Shown in pieces: positions 19,434-28,946 of a DNA stretch of 64,000 bases (position 1 is its first letter; every line of letters begins with the position of its first letter). The position numbers were made by a program, and so were the translations under genes. The notes below the pieces were generated by a model, which saw nothing but the letters and a program-made list of their open reading frames with translations, had not been told where the DNA came from and made no database searches. This DNA is from a virus, in IMG/VR virus record IMGVR_UViG_3300033568_000010, positions 1-64,000 of that record, one strand, 5' to 3'.

Positions 19434-19723
19434 TGGCTTTGGGTCCTGTTACCGTTGAGGGAGATACCTCTACACATACTGGTGTCCTTATAGCCACCGG
19501 AGTTAAATTACTTGTGTCTGGTCTTCCTGTTGGAGTGGTAGGTGACTTGAGTATGGTACACCCTATCCCTACAACACACCCCTTTGGTGTAATAGCCCCA
19601 ATACCACATAAGCTTATGGTTAGTGGGTTTTACGTGGGGGTTAATGGAGATATAATGATTTGTCCCGGTTCAGCTGTGCCTGCAACAATTATAGGCACGG
19701 GTATAAAGCTAGAAACTATATAG
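19433..19723 (+). CDS. PAAR-like spike-tip protein (T4 gp5.4 class)
   Basis: 96 aa, with GD..S.H.G, LPVGVVGD and VGVNGDIMICPG spaced as in PAAR repeats. Start overlaps the previous stop (TAATG). Confidence 0.6.
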   Translation: MALGPVTVEGDTSTHTGVLIATGVKLLVSGLPVGVVGDLSMVHPIPTTHPFGVIAPIPHKLMVSGFYVGVNGDIMICPGSAVPATIIGTGIKLETI

Positions 19724-19730
19724 GTAAACG

Positions 19731-20219
19731 ATGGCTACAAACATACAAAAGGTTAGAAGCTTAGAAGAAATACCTCTAGGGGACTCTTCCTCACGGGTAT
19801 TAGGTGTGGGCATTTCTTACCCCTTCGGTTTTTCCTCCACGGGGAAAGCGGAGACTATAGGTGTAGCTACCGGAGTAGCCAAAGTAAATCAAGCAATACA
19901 CATGCTTCTATCCACTAGGTACGGGGAACGTCTTATGTTTCCTGAGTATGGAAGCAAGCTACCAGAGTTGGTATTTGAGCAAAACGACGAAATTCTACAT
20001 GCACAATTACAGCTGTTTACTGCTGAAGCAGTGAACCGATGGGAAAAGCGCATAACTCTTACGGGTATAACTACTATAGATGAGGACGACCAAAATGCAA
20101 TAAGCATTAAAATCGACTACATCATAAACAAACTGCATGTAGCAGGATCTTATGTTTATCCGTTCCAGCTAGGTGCTCTTCCTCTAGGACTTAGCGCACA
20201 ATATGGAGGGACACTTTGA
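19731..20219 (+). CDS. Baseplate wedge protein, gp25 / gpW family
   Basis: GVGISYPFGF...VNQAIHMLLSTRYGERLMFPEYGSKLPELVFEQND is the GPW/gp25 signature. Confidence 0.75.
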   Translation: MATNIQKVRSLEEIPLGDSSSRVLGVGISYPFGFSSTGKAETIGVATGVAKVNQAIHMLLSTRYGERLMFPEYGSKLPELVFEQNDEILHAQLQLFTAEAVNRWEKRITLTGITTIDEDDQNAISIKIDYIINKLHVAGSYVYPFQLGALPLGLSAQYGGTL

Positions 20220-22447
20220 GCCTCATCGAACCAAGAATGCAGTATACTCAGCGTAGTTTCGAGGACCTGCGACAGCAACTAATCGAGGTAGTTCAAACTA
20301 CTCCCGGCATTAGTGATAAATGGACTGACTTTAATAGCTCAGACCTAGGCTTAGTTTTGCTTGAGCTTTGGTGTTCTATTGGCGACGAGCTTAACTTCTA
20401 CCTTGATAACCAAGCTAACGAATCATTTATAGCTACAGCTAGGCAGAGAAAGTCAGTAGTAAACCTGTGTAAACTAATTGCGTACAACCTTGACCCCGTT
20501 GTAAGCTCTACTGGAATTGTTGTTTTCAGACTACCAACGGAAACACCACATCCGTACTCAATCACTATACCTAAGTATACCCGTATTGCTGCGTCAGGAA
20601 GTGAGTTCGTACCTTTCATCACAACCAATACTGTTACGCTTCCTGCAGGTTCACTAGCAGTAGAGTCTAACGTACTACAAGGCATACTATACGAAGAAGA
20701 GTTCATTTCAGACAATACACCAGACCAACGGTTTATCCTTGGTAGAAAGGATATTGCATCCAACTACAACTCCATCGAAGTATATGTAGGAGTTGGTACT
20801 GACATTAGCACCTACAAACTGTGGTCACAAGCTCAAAACTTCATTATAGAAACACAGGACGACAACCAAAATAGGTTTGTAATAGAAACTGATTCACAAG
20901 ACCAGACTATTCTAAAGTTTGGAAACGGTAAGTTTGGAGCCATTCCTCCTGTAGGGTTTACTATACTTGTACGTTACGTATCGAGCATAGGTGCCAACGG
21001 TAATGTTGGAGCAGAGAAAATATCCATCGTATCCGATGTACTGTATGACTCTACCTCGCAGCCAGTAAACTTGATTGTCACTAACGAGGAAGCGTGTGTA
21101 GGCGGTACGGATAGAGAAACAATTGAGCATGCTAAGCTTCAAGCCCCTCAGGAATTATCGGCCCTTAATAGGGCAGTTACTCGTTTTGATGCAACGGCTC
21201 TAGTAGGTGGACTTGCAGGTATTGCAATAGCTAACGTATGGGGTGAGCATGAATTACCCCACCCAGACATTAAGCACTTTAATCAAATGTACGTTACTAT
21301 GTCTGCAGAGGGAATCACGCCTGTCAGTGGAAAACCAACAAGCTGGTTACCGACTACCTCACTCAAGAATTTAGTTCTAGACTATATAGAGGATAAGAAA
21401 GTTATTACTACTAGAACTGTATTTGTAGACCCTAATGTTATATTTATCGATCTACAGCTTGATGTCTTCGTGCCTAAGTCAGCATCACCGCTAACTGTAA
21501 AGCAGTCGGTATTAGACGTTTTGAATGAGTTTTTTGACCCTGCCTCTGCAGTGTTTGGAAAAGACCTCAGATACTCCAACTTAATATCTGCGCTGAATGC
21601 TCTACCCAGCGTCGATTACGTCAGCCTTAAGCTTAGACGGAGAGGGGTTACTCCCGGTAAAGGCCCGTTTGCAGGTGGAAATACTGTCACTATCCTTGGG
21701 TCGAACTTTCAGACGGGAGCGACAATAACGTTTGGAAATTCTATCCCCGTAGTAGCAACTATACTAGATTATGCTAGCCTTGAGTGCATAGTACCTCCAG
21801 CAGAAAACGTAATAGTCAATGGGTTGCCACTGCCTAGAGAAGGGTTTGTTGATGTCACTGTAACCAACCCAGATCTTACCACATATACGATACCCAAAGC
21901 CTATTACTATCATGGGCAATTAAACGCCTGCGAGAGAGAAGACTTAGGTGAAGAGCAAACAGTGGATGACTCTCAGTTTATATATAACGACCAAGACATT
22001 ATAGTTCGTCCACACGAGTTCTATCAGCTTGGTATCATTGAGTCTGCGGACGGAACAGACGAGATTATGCATTTTGGTCAGGACTCCATGCCGATGACAT
22101 CCAAGATTGTGTACTCACCACTGTATACCTATCTCAACCAGACTGTAGCTTTTGATGGTTCAAGCTCAAGTTCACCCTATAGTGAAATTACCATGTACCA
22201 GTGGGACATGGGGTCCTATGGCACCCTAATGGTAAAAAACAATAGCGGAAGTTACGTACCCGCTGGAACACAGCCTGTAGATGGTAGAACAGTAACTACA
22301 GACCTTCTTAATCTGGACTCAACTGTGTACTGGCAGTACACAACTAGACCGCAGTCGGGTGTAGCCACTGTAGTATTAACCGTATTCGATAGCCTTGGTA
22401 ATTGTAGAGCTACTGCAATCCCGTATGAGATAAGGTTAACAGTGTAA
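20216..22447 (+). CDS. Baseplate J-like (T4 gp6 / P2 gpJ) protein with C-terminal IPT/TIG-like and PKD-like domains
   Basis: RSFEDLRQQLIE...SDLGLVLLELWCSIGDELNFYLDNQANESFIATARQRKSVVNLCKLIAYNL is J-family. GPFAGGNTVTILGSNFQTGATITFG is IPT-like. VAFDGSSSSSPYSEITMYQWDMG is PKD-like. TTG start at 20216, or ATG at 20237. Confidence 0.75.
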   Translation: MSLIEPRMQYTQRSFEDLRQQLIEVVQTTPGISDKWTDFNSSDLGLVLLELWCSIGDELNFYLDNQANESFIATARQRKSVVNLCKLIAYNLDPVVSSTGIVVFRLPTETPHPYSITIPKYTRIAASGSEFVPFITTNTVTLPAGSLAVESNVLQGILYEEEFISDNTPDQRFILGRKDIASNYNSIEVYVGVGTDISTYKLWSQAQNFIIETQDDNQNRFVIETDSQDQTILKFGNGKFGAIPPVGFTILVRYVSSIGANGNVGAEKISIVSDVLYDSTSQPVNLIVTNEEACVGGTDRETIEHAKLQAPQELSALNRAVTRFDATALVGGLAGIAIANVWGEHELPHPDIKHFNQMYVTMSAEGITPVSGKPTSWLPTTSLKNLVLDYIEDKKVITTRTVFVDPNVIFIDLQLDVFVPKSASPLTVKQSVLDVLNEFFDPASAVFGKDLRYSNLISALNALPSVDYVSLKLRRRGVTPGKGPFAGGNTVTILGSNFQTGATITFGNSIPVVATILDYASLECIVPPAENVIVNGLPLPREGFVDVTVTNPDLTTYTIPKAYYYHGQLNACEREDLGEEQTVDDSQFIYNDQDIIVRPHEFYQLGIIESADGTDEIMHFGQDSMPMTSKIVYSPLYTYLNQTVAFDGSSSSSPYSEITMYQWDMGSYGTLMVKNNSGSYVPAGTQPVDGRTVTTDLLNLDSTVYWQYTTRPQSGVATVVLTVFDSLGNCRATAIPYEIRLTV

Positions 22448-22457
22448 GGAAAGCAAG

Positions 22458-23651
22458 ATGCCTATACAATATAATAGCAGCATGATTAAAGTTACCCCTT
22501 CAGTACTTTTTGGGGATGCCACCACTAACGCAGAAACGTTGGGTGCTTTTTGGGATGCATCGTTGAAGCGTCTTTACGTGGCACTTCACAGCGGAGGAAG
22601 TAAGTGGCTGAGAAAGATAGATTACTCTAACCCACTATTTCCTGCTGGTAGTAACTGGGCAGTTAGTGATGCCTCCTTTATAGATGCATCAGGGGCTGTA
22701 TTTGATGGCAACCTTAGTATGTTTACAGTAGACCACGCTGCTGGATATGCTTACACCTTTAGAAACGTTGGCAATGGTGCAACAACCTACTACAACCTAG
22801 TTAGGATAAGTCTAATTAATGATATAGTTGAATACTCCAACCTAGCAAGCCCAGTCGAATACAAACAGATCGTAAGCGTTGTAACACGAAATGAATTCAT
22901 GTATATGGTCGTAATAGATGCATACGACAATACATTCTTCCTTAAGTTTGATTTCTCTTCGGCTACGTGGGACACAATCACAGGGGTCACAATTCCTTGG
23001 GTTAACGTGTCCTCCAACATCCCTTTTTACTACACACAGAATTCAATCAACGCTGTAGTTGGAATGTCTATTGACACTAACGGTGATATAATTCTTTATT
23101 ATGATGTAGTAAATATTGCAGAAAAGTATGATGGTAACGACTTATCTTTTAAGGGAGTTACTTCTTTTTCTAACTCAGATACCGCAATTGTATTCAGCGG
23201 GGCTGGTATCATCTTTAAGATAAAGAACGCTGTTAATAACGCAGGCGGTGGTCTTACTTTGCTCAGATACGTAGACTACTCCACAGAAACAGTATCTACT
23301 ACAAAGTCTATATTTTCGTACTCAGATAGAACTATTTATGTAGGTGAGCCTTCTGTAGTAACTCTTCACTTCAAGGCATACGATGATTTTGGGTTAGAGA
23401 TGAACACTCTAATTGGAGCTAACGTAAAATTTGAAATTTTAACTGGAAGAGGTACGCTGGATGCTAATGACTCTGCGCTATCAACTTCAAGTGACCCTGC
23501 TTCTTTTAGAAACTACTCTAACATTCCGCTACATCGAGCAGTAACTGTACCGCTGGACATAAACGGGGAAGCTACCTGTTACTTTCAGTCGGCAAGAACA
23601 ACCGCATCTGTATTAATTCAGGATTTAGTACGAGTCCGCTTTCCGGGGTAA
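22458..23651 (+). CDS. Baseplate/fibre-associated protein, paralogue A (C-terminal bacterial Ig-like domain)
   Basis: 397 aa. C-terminus VVTLHFKAYDDFGLEMNTLIGANVKFEILTGRGTLD is Big-like. Architecture matches the next ORF. Confidence 0.6.
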   Translation: MPIQYNSSMIKVTPSVLFGDATTNAETLGAFWDASLKRLYVALHSGGSKWLRKIDYSNPLFPAGSNWAVSDASFIDASGAVFDGNLSMFTVDHAAGYAYTFRNVGNGATTYYNLVRISLINDIVEYSNLASPVEYKQIVSVVTRNEFMYMVVIDAYDNTFFLKFDFSSATWDTITGVTIPWVNVSSNIPFYYTQNSINAVVGMSIDTNGDIILYYDVVNIAEKYDGNDLSFKGVTSFSNSDTAIVFSGAGIIFKIKNAVNNAGGGLTLLRYVDYSTETVSTTKSIFSYSDRTIYVGEPSVVTLHFKAYDDFGLEMNTLIGANVKFEILTGRGTLDANDSALSTSSDPASFRNYSNIPLHRAVTVPLDINGEATCYFQSARTTASVLIQDLVRVRFPG

Positions 23652-23654
23652 TCT

Positions 23655-24800
23655 ATGGCTATTAATTATACCAGCACTAACATACCAGTAGGTAATACAG
23701 TATTTGGCCTAACTTCATTTGACACGGTTGAATGCTGGGGTACCTGCTTTGTAGAGAATAATAGGTTTGCTCTTATTCTAGTGAAGAGTGGTGCAGCCCT
23801 TTATTGGAAAAAGCTAGATGTATTGGCAGTGTCTCCTGTCTACTATGACATGGAGTACAGTCCCACGTTTGCATCCATACTGCCCACGGACATTCATCCT
23901 ACAAAAGGAAACTTCCTTTGTCAGGATGGAGGCTACATTTATTACGTAAATAATTCATATTTATACAGAATCAATGCCGTTACTGGAGCAGCGGACGGAT
24001 CAAAGATTCTACGAAATGCGTCGTCTGTTGCTGTTGGTTCCCAGTTCATAAATCATATTCTTGTTAAGGGTACTCAAGTATATGCCCTAAGCAAGGCTAA
24101 TACTAAGCTATACCACTGGGACATTGCCGCGTTTGATGGTGGAACCACTGACGCACTTGAAGAGACTACGGTTCCAGAGTTAGTACTTGGTTCTGCTTGT
24201 GGACTTTATGCCATGCCGGGAGCCGATACAGACGTTGTAGTGGTAACCAAAAACACAGCTAAACTAGCCATCAAATACACCGCAACGTTGGTCAGAAAAG
24301 GTGAGTCTTACTGGACAGACCCTTCCTCCAACATAACACTTGCAATACTAAGAGGCTCAATTATATACATGGTAGCTAATGATGAGCTTACTGCTGGTGC
24401 TGGACTTTACATTTATAAGTACGGTGACGGGTCAACAGGCATTATAGCTCCAAACGAGACTATCTACACAATTAGCTCTACGCAAATAAAGGCAGCTACG
24501 TCAGAGCCACTTACACTTACATTTAGCTCAAAGGATGGGTTTGGCGTTCCTTTCCAGCCTACCGACTTCGTAAGGTTCAGCTTAATTAAGCAGGGTGATA
24601 TGTTTGATAAGAATGACGGAGCGCTTTCCGATCAGTATGCGGGTCCGTTTAGGGACAACGTGAGTAACCCAATAAACACACAGCTTGATCTTACGTTTGA
24701 CAGCGAAGGGTCTGTCGTTCTTTACTGGCAAGCCCCTCTTGAAATACAGGCCGAAACAGTTATGCACCGGATACGGGTACAGTATCCAATTCCAGCGTAA
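23655..24800 (+). CDS. Baseplate/fibre-associated protein, paralogue B (C-terminal bacterial Ig-like domain)
   Basis: 381 aa. C-terminus LTLTFSSKDGFGVPFQPTDFVRFSLIKQGDMFD. The N-terminus MAINYTS parallels MPIQYNS of paralogue A. Confidence 0.6.
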   Translation: MAINYTSTNIPVGNTVFGLTSFDTVECWGTCFVENNRFALILVKSGAALYWKKLDVLAVSPVYYDMEYSPTFASILPTDIHPTKGNFLCQDGGYIYYVNNSYLYRINAVTGAADGSKILRNASSVAVGSQFINHILVKGTQVYALSKANTKLYHWDIAAFDGGTTDALEETTVPELVLGSACGLYAMPGADTDVVVVTKNTAKLAIKYTATLVRKGESYWTDPSSNITLAILRGSIIYMVANDELTAGAGLYIYKYGDGSTGIIAPNETIYTISSTQIKAATSEPLTLTFSSKDGFGVPFQPTDFVRFSLIKQGDMFDKNDGALSDQYAGPFRDNVSNPINTQLDLTFDSEGSVVLYWQAPLEIQAETVMHRIRVQYPIPA

Positions 24801-24809
24801 GGAACGATA

Positions 24810-27371
24810 ATGCCTACACAATACATAGTCCCTACGTCAATTGTAAACGTAGAAGTTGTAGCACCTCCTATAGTGGGGTCGCTAGACTATGTAGATTTTT
24901 ATGCTGAAATAAATCAAATTCAACCCTACACAACTCCTACATACCTACAGGATTTAATTTATCAAAGTTCTGGTGAGGATTTTTTAGAGGAATCCGTAGT
25001 AGTAACTAGCGGAAGCCTTACACTACAGGAAGAAGTTGTTATCGTAGGTGGAGAGGATAAGTTCGATCTTTCAGTAGAGGTGTTTAAAAATAGGTGTAAC
25101 CTTTACCGTGACGGGAAGTGGCTATTGCGCTATCTCCCAGAGTCGTTCAAAGTATTGGACAAGACAGAAGACCTAACCCAGTTCCTTGAGGTATTTGCTT
25201 TATCAGCAGATGAGTTTTACTGTTTTATTAAAGACTTTACTACTATATTTGACCCTGATACCTGTTCACCCAAGTACCTTAAGTTCCTAGCTCACTTAAT
25301 CAACTATCCTTTAAATACTCGCGGATTTGATTCTACTACACCTGCTGTTAGAGATGCCGCTATCCTTAGGGCGAGAACCCAACTGAAAGAGGCAGTAGAG
25401 GTCTACAAACGCAAGGGAATGAAGGAAGCGTTCCAGATACTATTTTACTCCCTTGGATACTACATTGAACTTGTAGAACTTTGGACTGAGAACTATATCT
25501 CTTTTCATGAAGAGGTGCCAAGCACGGGGATGATGTATGACCCTGTAACAAATACTTCTGGGTGGTTTAAGTCTCCTTATTTTGGAATACGTTTAGTTTC
25601 TATCAACCAACAAACAGTATGCACTACAGACGGCAGCGGACAGCCTTGGTCATTCACTACGGAAGACTTCAGCGAAATACTGGAAGCCATACATAGAGTA
25701 AGGCCTGTTAACACTGTACTTTGGTGGATAGAGTATAATATGGATCTCTGCGATATCTATGAGTTCACGGATATCACGGATGGAACGCTAGAGCCTGTAC
25801 CTACAGATAAATTCTTCCTTGAGTGTGAACCGGATGACCCTATCTACTTCAGGGGAGATATGTATGACCCCTACAATCCTCTAAAAGGTGACCCTAGACT
25901 ATTTGGTGTCATTAGAGATCCTTTCCCCAACGAGCTAGACCTATCTCTCCCCGGCGAGTCAGTAGCGCTGGTTGGTATGGTTAGAGATCCACAGGAAGGG
26001 CTGTGTGGCCCACACGAGGACTTTTTAATTGATATCAGTGATATCAACTGGAACGATGAGCCTTGGTGTACACAGGTATTCAGAAGCTGTGGTGTTCTAT
26101 ACCGTGATGGCAGCAACGGCAATCCTAGAAACGGTGAAAATCCAACTAGAGATCCATCGTGTTTTGGTGGTAGAAACGGCGAGTACTGGAGAGGAGAGGA
26201 GCCTGCAGGGCCATATGCCCCCTATACAGAGGGCGTGGAAAATGGGCTTGTACCTGATAGAAGCGGATGTTATACAACAGACGATCACATTGTCCCTCTG
26301 TGGCAAATTGCAGAAGAGTTTGAAGACGGTATTGTAAAATACTATAACAAGTTTGAGTTTGAAAACTGGTTGGATACTATCGTTATAGGACCGGGACCTG
26401 ACCCAGATATCACTGGGGACAACACCTCACTCCCTGAGTTTAACCTAGTGAACATTGACACAACAGCTAATACGCTATCCAGCACAAGTATAGTAGACTC
26501 AACTGACCCTAGCACCTTGTGGTCATTGTTTGGTAAGACCAGCGGCGGAACAGGAACAAAGCACATATCCAGACTTGTATTTTCTTCTGGGGTTCTATCC
26601 TCAGTGGACGACATTACCCCTACAATTGATGTTACAGACACAGAACCACAAGGCTACTACGGTGGGTTTACTGGCACGGATGGAGACAACCTTTTCTATT
26701 TATACGGGTATAAAGGAACAAACGTTAAAAATAAAAATATCATAATGTATGATATCACGTCAAACATAATCTACAAGCTTGGTGAAAGTGCTGGATTTAG
26801 ACTGCAAGCTGCGTATGCCCAAGTCGGTGGAAAGATGTACATGTTTGGAGGTACAAGCGTAAGTGAACTTATTGGTGGTGGGGAAAACGAATATCAGTGG
26901 TTTAACACTACCACAAAAACCCTTTCTGCCGAATTCACGATGCCTTTTTCCTTTATATACGGAAGTGCCGTTGTTGTAAATGACAGCATCTATTTATTTG
27001 GCGGAATTGACGAAATAGGTTCTGGTAACATTAATTACAAGCTCTATAGATACCATACTGTAACAGATACATTTACACTAGTGAGTACTGCCCCTGTAGG
27101 GGCGCAGTTCATGTATGGTGTTAAGAAGAATAACAAGCTAATGTTCTACTCAGAAGATGGTAACTGGTCTGACCCCAGCTACGGGTCTGATATTTACCTT
27201 CAATTTGATTTAACCACGTCTACTTGGCTAGTTAAACGATTTGCCACCAATCTCCCAACTGGAGTGGTGCCAGTACGCATGGTAGAGAAGAGTGGACGGT
27301 TTTACGGTACAAACGGCTCGTTCTCTGGGACTGCCAATAATGTAGTGCAAATGATTCAAAGGATAAGTTAA
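24810..27371 (+). CDS. Baseplate wedge / tail protein I-like N-terminal region fused to a C-terminal Kelch-like beta-propeller
   Basis: PKYLKFLAHLINYPL...AILRARTQLKEAVEVYKRKGMKEAFQILFYSLGY resembles P2 gpI. C-terminal repeats LFYLYGYKG, MYMFGGTS, IYLFGGIDE and LMFYSEDG are Kelch-like. Confidence 0.55.
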   Translation: MPTQYIVPTSIVNVEVVAPPIVGSLDYVDFYAEINQIQPYTTPTYLQDLIYQSSGEDFLEESVVVTSGSLTLQEEVVIVGGEDKFDLSVEVFKNRCNLYRDGKWLLRYLPESFKVLDKTEDLTQFLEVFALSADEFYCFIKDFTTIFDPDTCSPKYLKFLAHLINYPLNTRGFDSTTPAVRDAAILRARTQLKEAVEVYKRKGMKEAFQILFYSLGYYIELVELWTENYISFHEEVPSTGMMYDPVTNTSGWFKSPYFGIRLVSINQQTVCTTDGSGQPWSFTTEDFSEILEAIHRVRPVNTVLWWIEYNMDLCDIYEFTDITDGTLEPVPTDKFFLECEPDDPIYFRGDMYDPYNPLKGDPRLFGVIRDPFPNELDLSLPGESVALVGMVRDPQEGLCGPHEDFLIDISDINWNDEPWCTQVFRSCGVLYRDGSNGNPRNGENPTRDPSCFGGRNGEYWRGEEPAGPYAPYTEGVENGLVPDRSGCYTTDDHIVPLWQIAEEFEDGIVKYYNKFEFENWLDTIVIGPGPDPDITGDNTSLPEFNLVNIDTTANTLSSTSIVDSTDPSTLWSLFGKTSGGTGTKHISRLVFSSGVLSSVDDITPTIDVTDTEPQGYYGGFTGTDGDNLFYLYGYKGTNVKNKNIIMYDITSNIIYKLGESAGFRLQAAYAQVGGKMYMFGGTSVSELIGGGENEYQWFNTTTKTLSAEFTMPFSFIYGSAVVVNDSIYLFGGIDEIGSGNINYKLYRYHTVTDTFTLVSTAPVGAQFMYGVKKNNKLMFYSEDGNWSDPSYGSDIYLQFDLTTSTWLVKRFATNLPTGVVPVRMVEKSGRFYGTNGSFSGTANNVVQMIQRIS

Positions 27372-27372
27372 C

Positions 27373-28374
27373 ATGAAAAAATATATACAGTACGCACTGC
27401 GCCCCGGCACAGGAAGAACAATACCACAGGCTAGTGTCAAGGTAAAGGTCAGTCCTTCTACGGAGCTATCCCCTAATGCTACGGTCTATAGTGCAAACGA
27501 AGCTATTCTTGCTAACGAGGTAGCTCAGCCATTTCTTTGCACAGCGGCAGGGCTGTTAGAGTTTTATGCCGAGGGCGGTCGCTATGACATCTATATATCT
27601 TATGAAGATATAGACTATGTACTTTCTGATGTGTTTATCCCAGAGGATACAGGGGCGGCAGCTGCATATGAATCAATGTCCTTTGTAACCTACGCAGCTG
27701 AAAACGGGCTGTCTAATGAGACGGTTGTTCCCACGTTTATTAATCATCCAGACGCTATACCTGCTGTAGCAGGTGTTGGTGATGATGAGTTTGGTGATAT
27801 AGACCTTGCTTGGACAGAATATAACTTTACAGGCACAAAGTCTTTTGTAGACAGCCAGCTAGTCTATGATTCTACCATAGCTTCCGTGTCCCCTTGTGTA
27901 GGTATAGAGAAAAACTTAGCTATAGCAGACCTCACCCCTACTACTATTTGGGCAAAGATTGCACTTGGTTACTTGCCGGGATATGAGGGAGGAGAGGTTA
28001 CCGCAGATCGGCCTTTCTGGGGGCTTGGGTTTAAGTCAAGCAACGGAGACATAGTAAGCTGTGGCCTACGTGGAGGATCACAAGGAATCAGCGTTTTTTC
28101 AATGGTTTTCGATGTTGCAACCTTGGTAAGTGCAGAACAAGGTCAACTCATAGGATCAAACGCATGTTATGTAAGAATGAAGATCATTTCTTACAGCGAA
28201 ATTCAGTTTGAGTGGAGCCTAGACGGCAAGTCATGGGTAACCTTCCAAGTAGATAAATCCACTCCATTCACAGGAACAATTGCAAAAGTAGGTTTTTACG
28301 CATACAACGCTCTAGGGACAGACGGGTATGTACATAATTCAGCAGACTTTATACGTATAGTCTCTGGCTCATAG
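27373..28374 (+). CDS. Putative tail fibre / receptor-binding protein
   Basis: 333 aa. The N-terminus (IPQASVKVKV...ATVYSANEA...LLEFYAEGGRYDIYISY) resembles common short fibre N-terminal modules. The C-terminus is beta-rich (FEWSLDGKSWVTF). Confidence 0.4.
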   Translation: MKKYIQYALRPGTGRTIPQASVKVKVSPSTELSPNATVYSANEAILANEVAQPFLCTAAGLLEFYAEGGRYDIYISYEDIDYVLSDVFIPEDTGAAAAYESMSFVTYAAENGLSNETVVPTFINHPDAIPAVAGVGDDEFGDIDLAWTEYNFTGTKSFVDSQLVYDSTIASVSPCVGIEKNLAIADLTPTTIWAKIALGYLPGYEGGEVTADRPFWGLGFKSSNGDIVSCGLRGGSQGISVFSMVFDVATLVSAEQGQLIGSNACYVRMKIISYSEIQFEWSLDGKSWVTFQVDKSTPFTGTIAKVGFYAYNALGTDGYVHNSADFIRIVSGS

Positions 28375-28383
28375 GAGAGCATA

Positions 28384-28929
28384 ATGCCCAAGGCTATTGA
28401 ATTTACAGACAAATTTAACCCACGCGGGTACTTAGAGGTATTTAAGATCAGAGCCTCCAACGGAGAGGTAGTAGAACACTTTGAAAGTGAAAACCTCGTA
28501 GTAGATGGAGGTAGGTCAGGTATGGCCCACTTATGGGCTGGTGACTGGTATAGCGGTCCTCCTACTGGGTGGGTAAACGAGATGAAGTTTGGTGATGGTG
28601 GGCATGAAAATTCTGACCCTACGCTACCTAAAACTACAAGTGTTGACCGGCAGCAACTTTTTTGTGAGGATGAGGCAAGAGCGCCAATTATCTCAAAAAA
28701 GCCAGTAACCGTTGACTTCCCTGATGGTGATAGTGGAACAAAGGTTAGGTTTACAGCCACGGTTGGTGCAGCAGAGGGTAATGATGGTGGCCCTAATCCC
28801 GGCAGACGAGGCTACTCAGAGGCAGGAATGTACAGAGACGACGGCATCTTAGCCGCGCACAAGACGTTTGGCCTTATAACTAAAACTAATGAGTTCATCC
28901 TAACTTTTCGATGGACATTTGTATTCTAA
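28384..28929 (+). CDS. Hypothetical tail-fibre-module protein
   Basis: 181-aa ORF with GGAGAG upstream, lying between two fibre genes. The antisense ORF 28296-28760 is judged spurious. Confidence 0.5.
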   Translation: MPKAIEFTDKFNPRGYLEVFKIRASNGEVVEHFESENLVVDGGRSGMAHLWAGDWYSGPPTGWVNEMKFGDGGHENSDPTLPKTTSVDRQQLFCEDEARAPIISKKPVTVDFPDGDSGTKVRFTATVGAAEGNDGGPNPGRRGYSEAGMYRDDGILAAHKTFGLITKTNEFILTFRWTFVF

Positions 28930-28946
28930 TTTAACTGGAGCAAATA

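Noticed and set aside
28296-28760. 154-aa minus-strand ORF
   Set aside because: It overlaps two well-supported + strand genes (27373-28374 and 28384-28929) that have SDs and tight spacing. Every other gene in the window is on the + strand.
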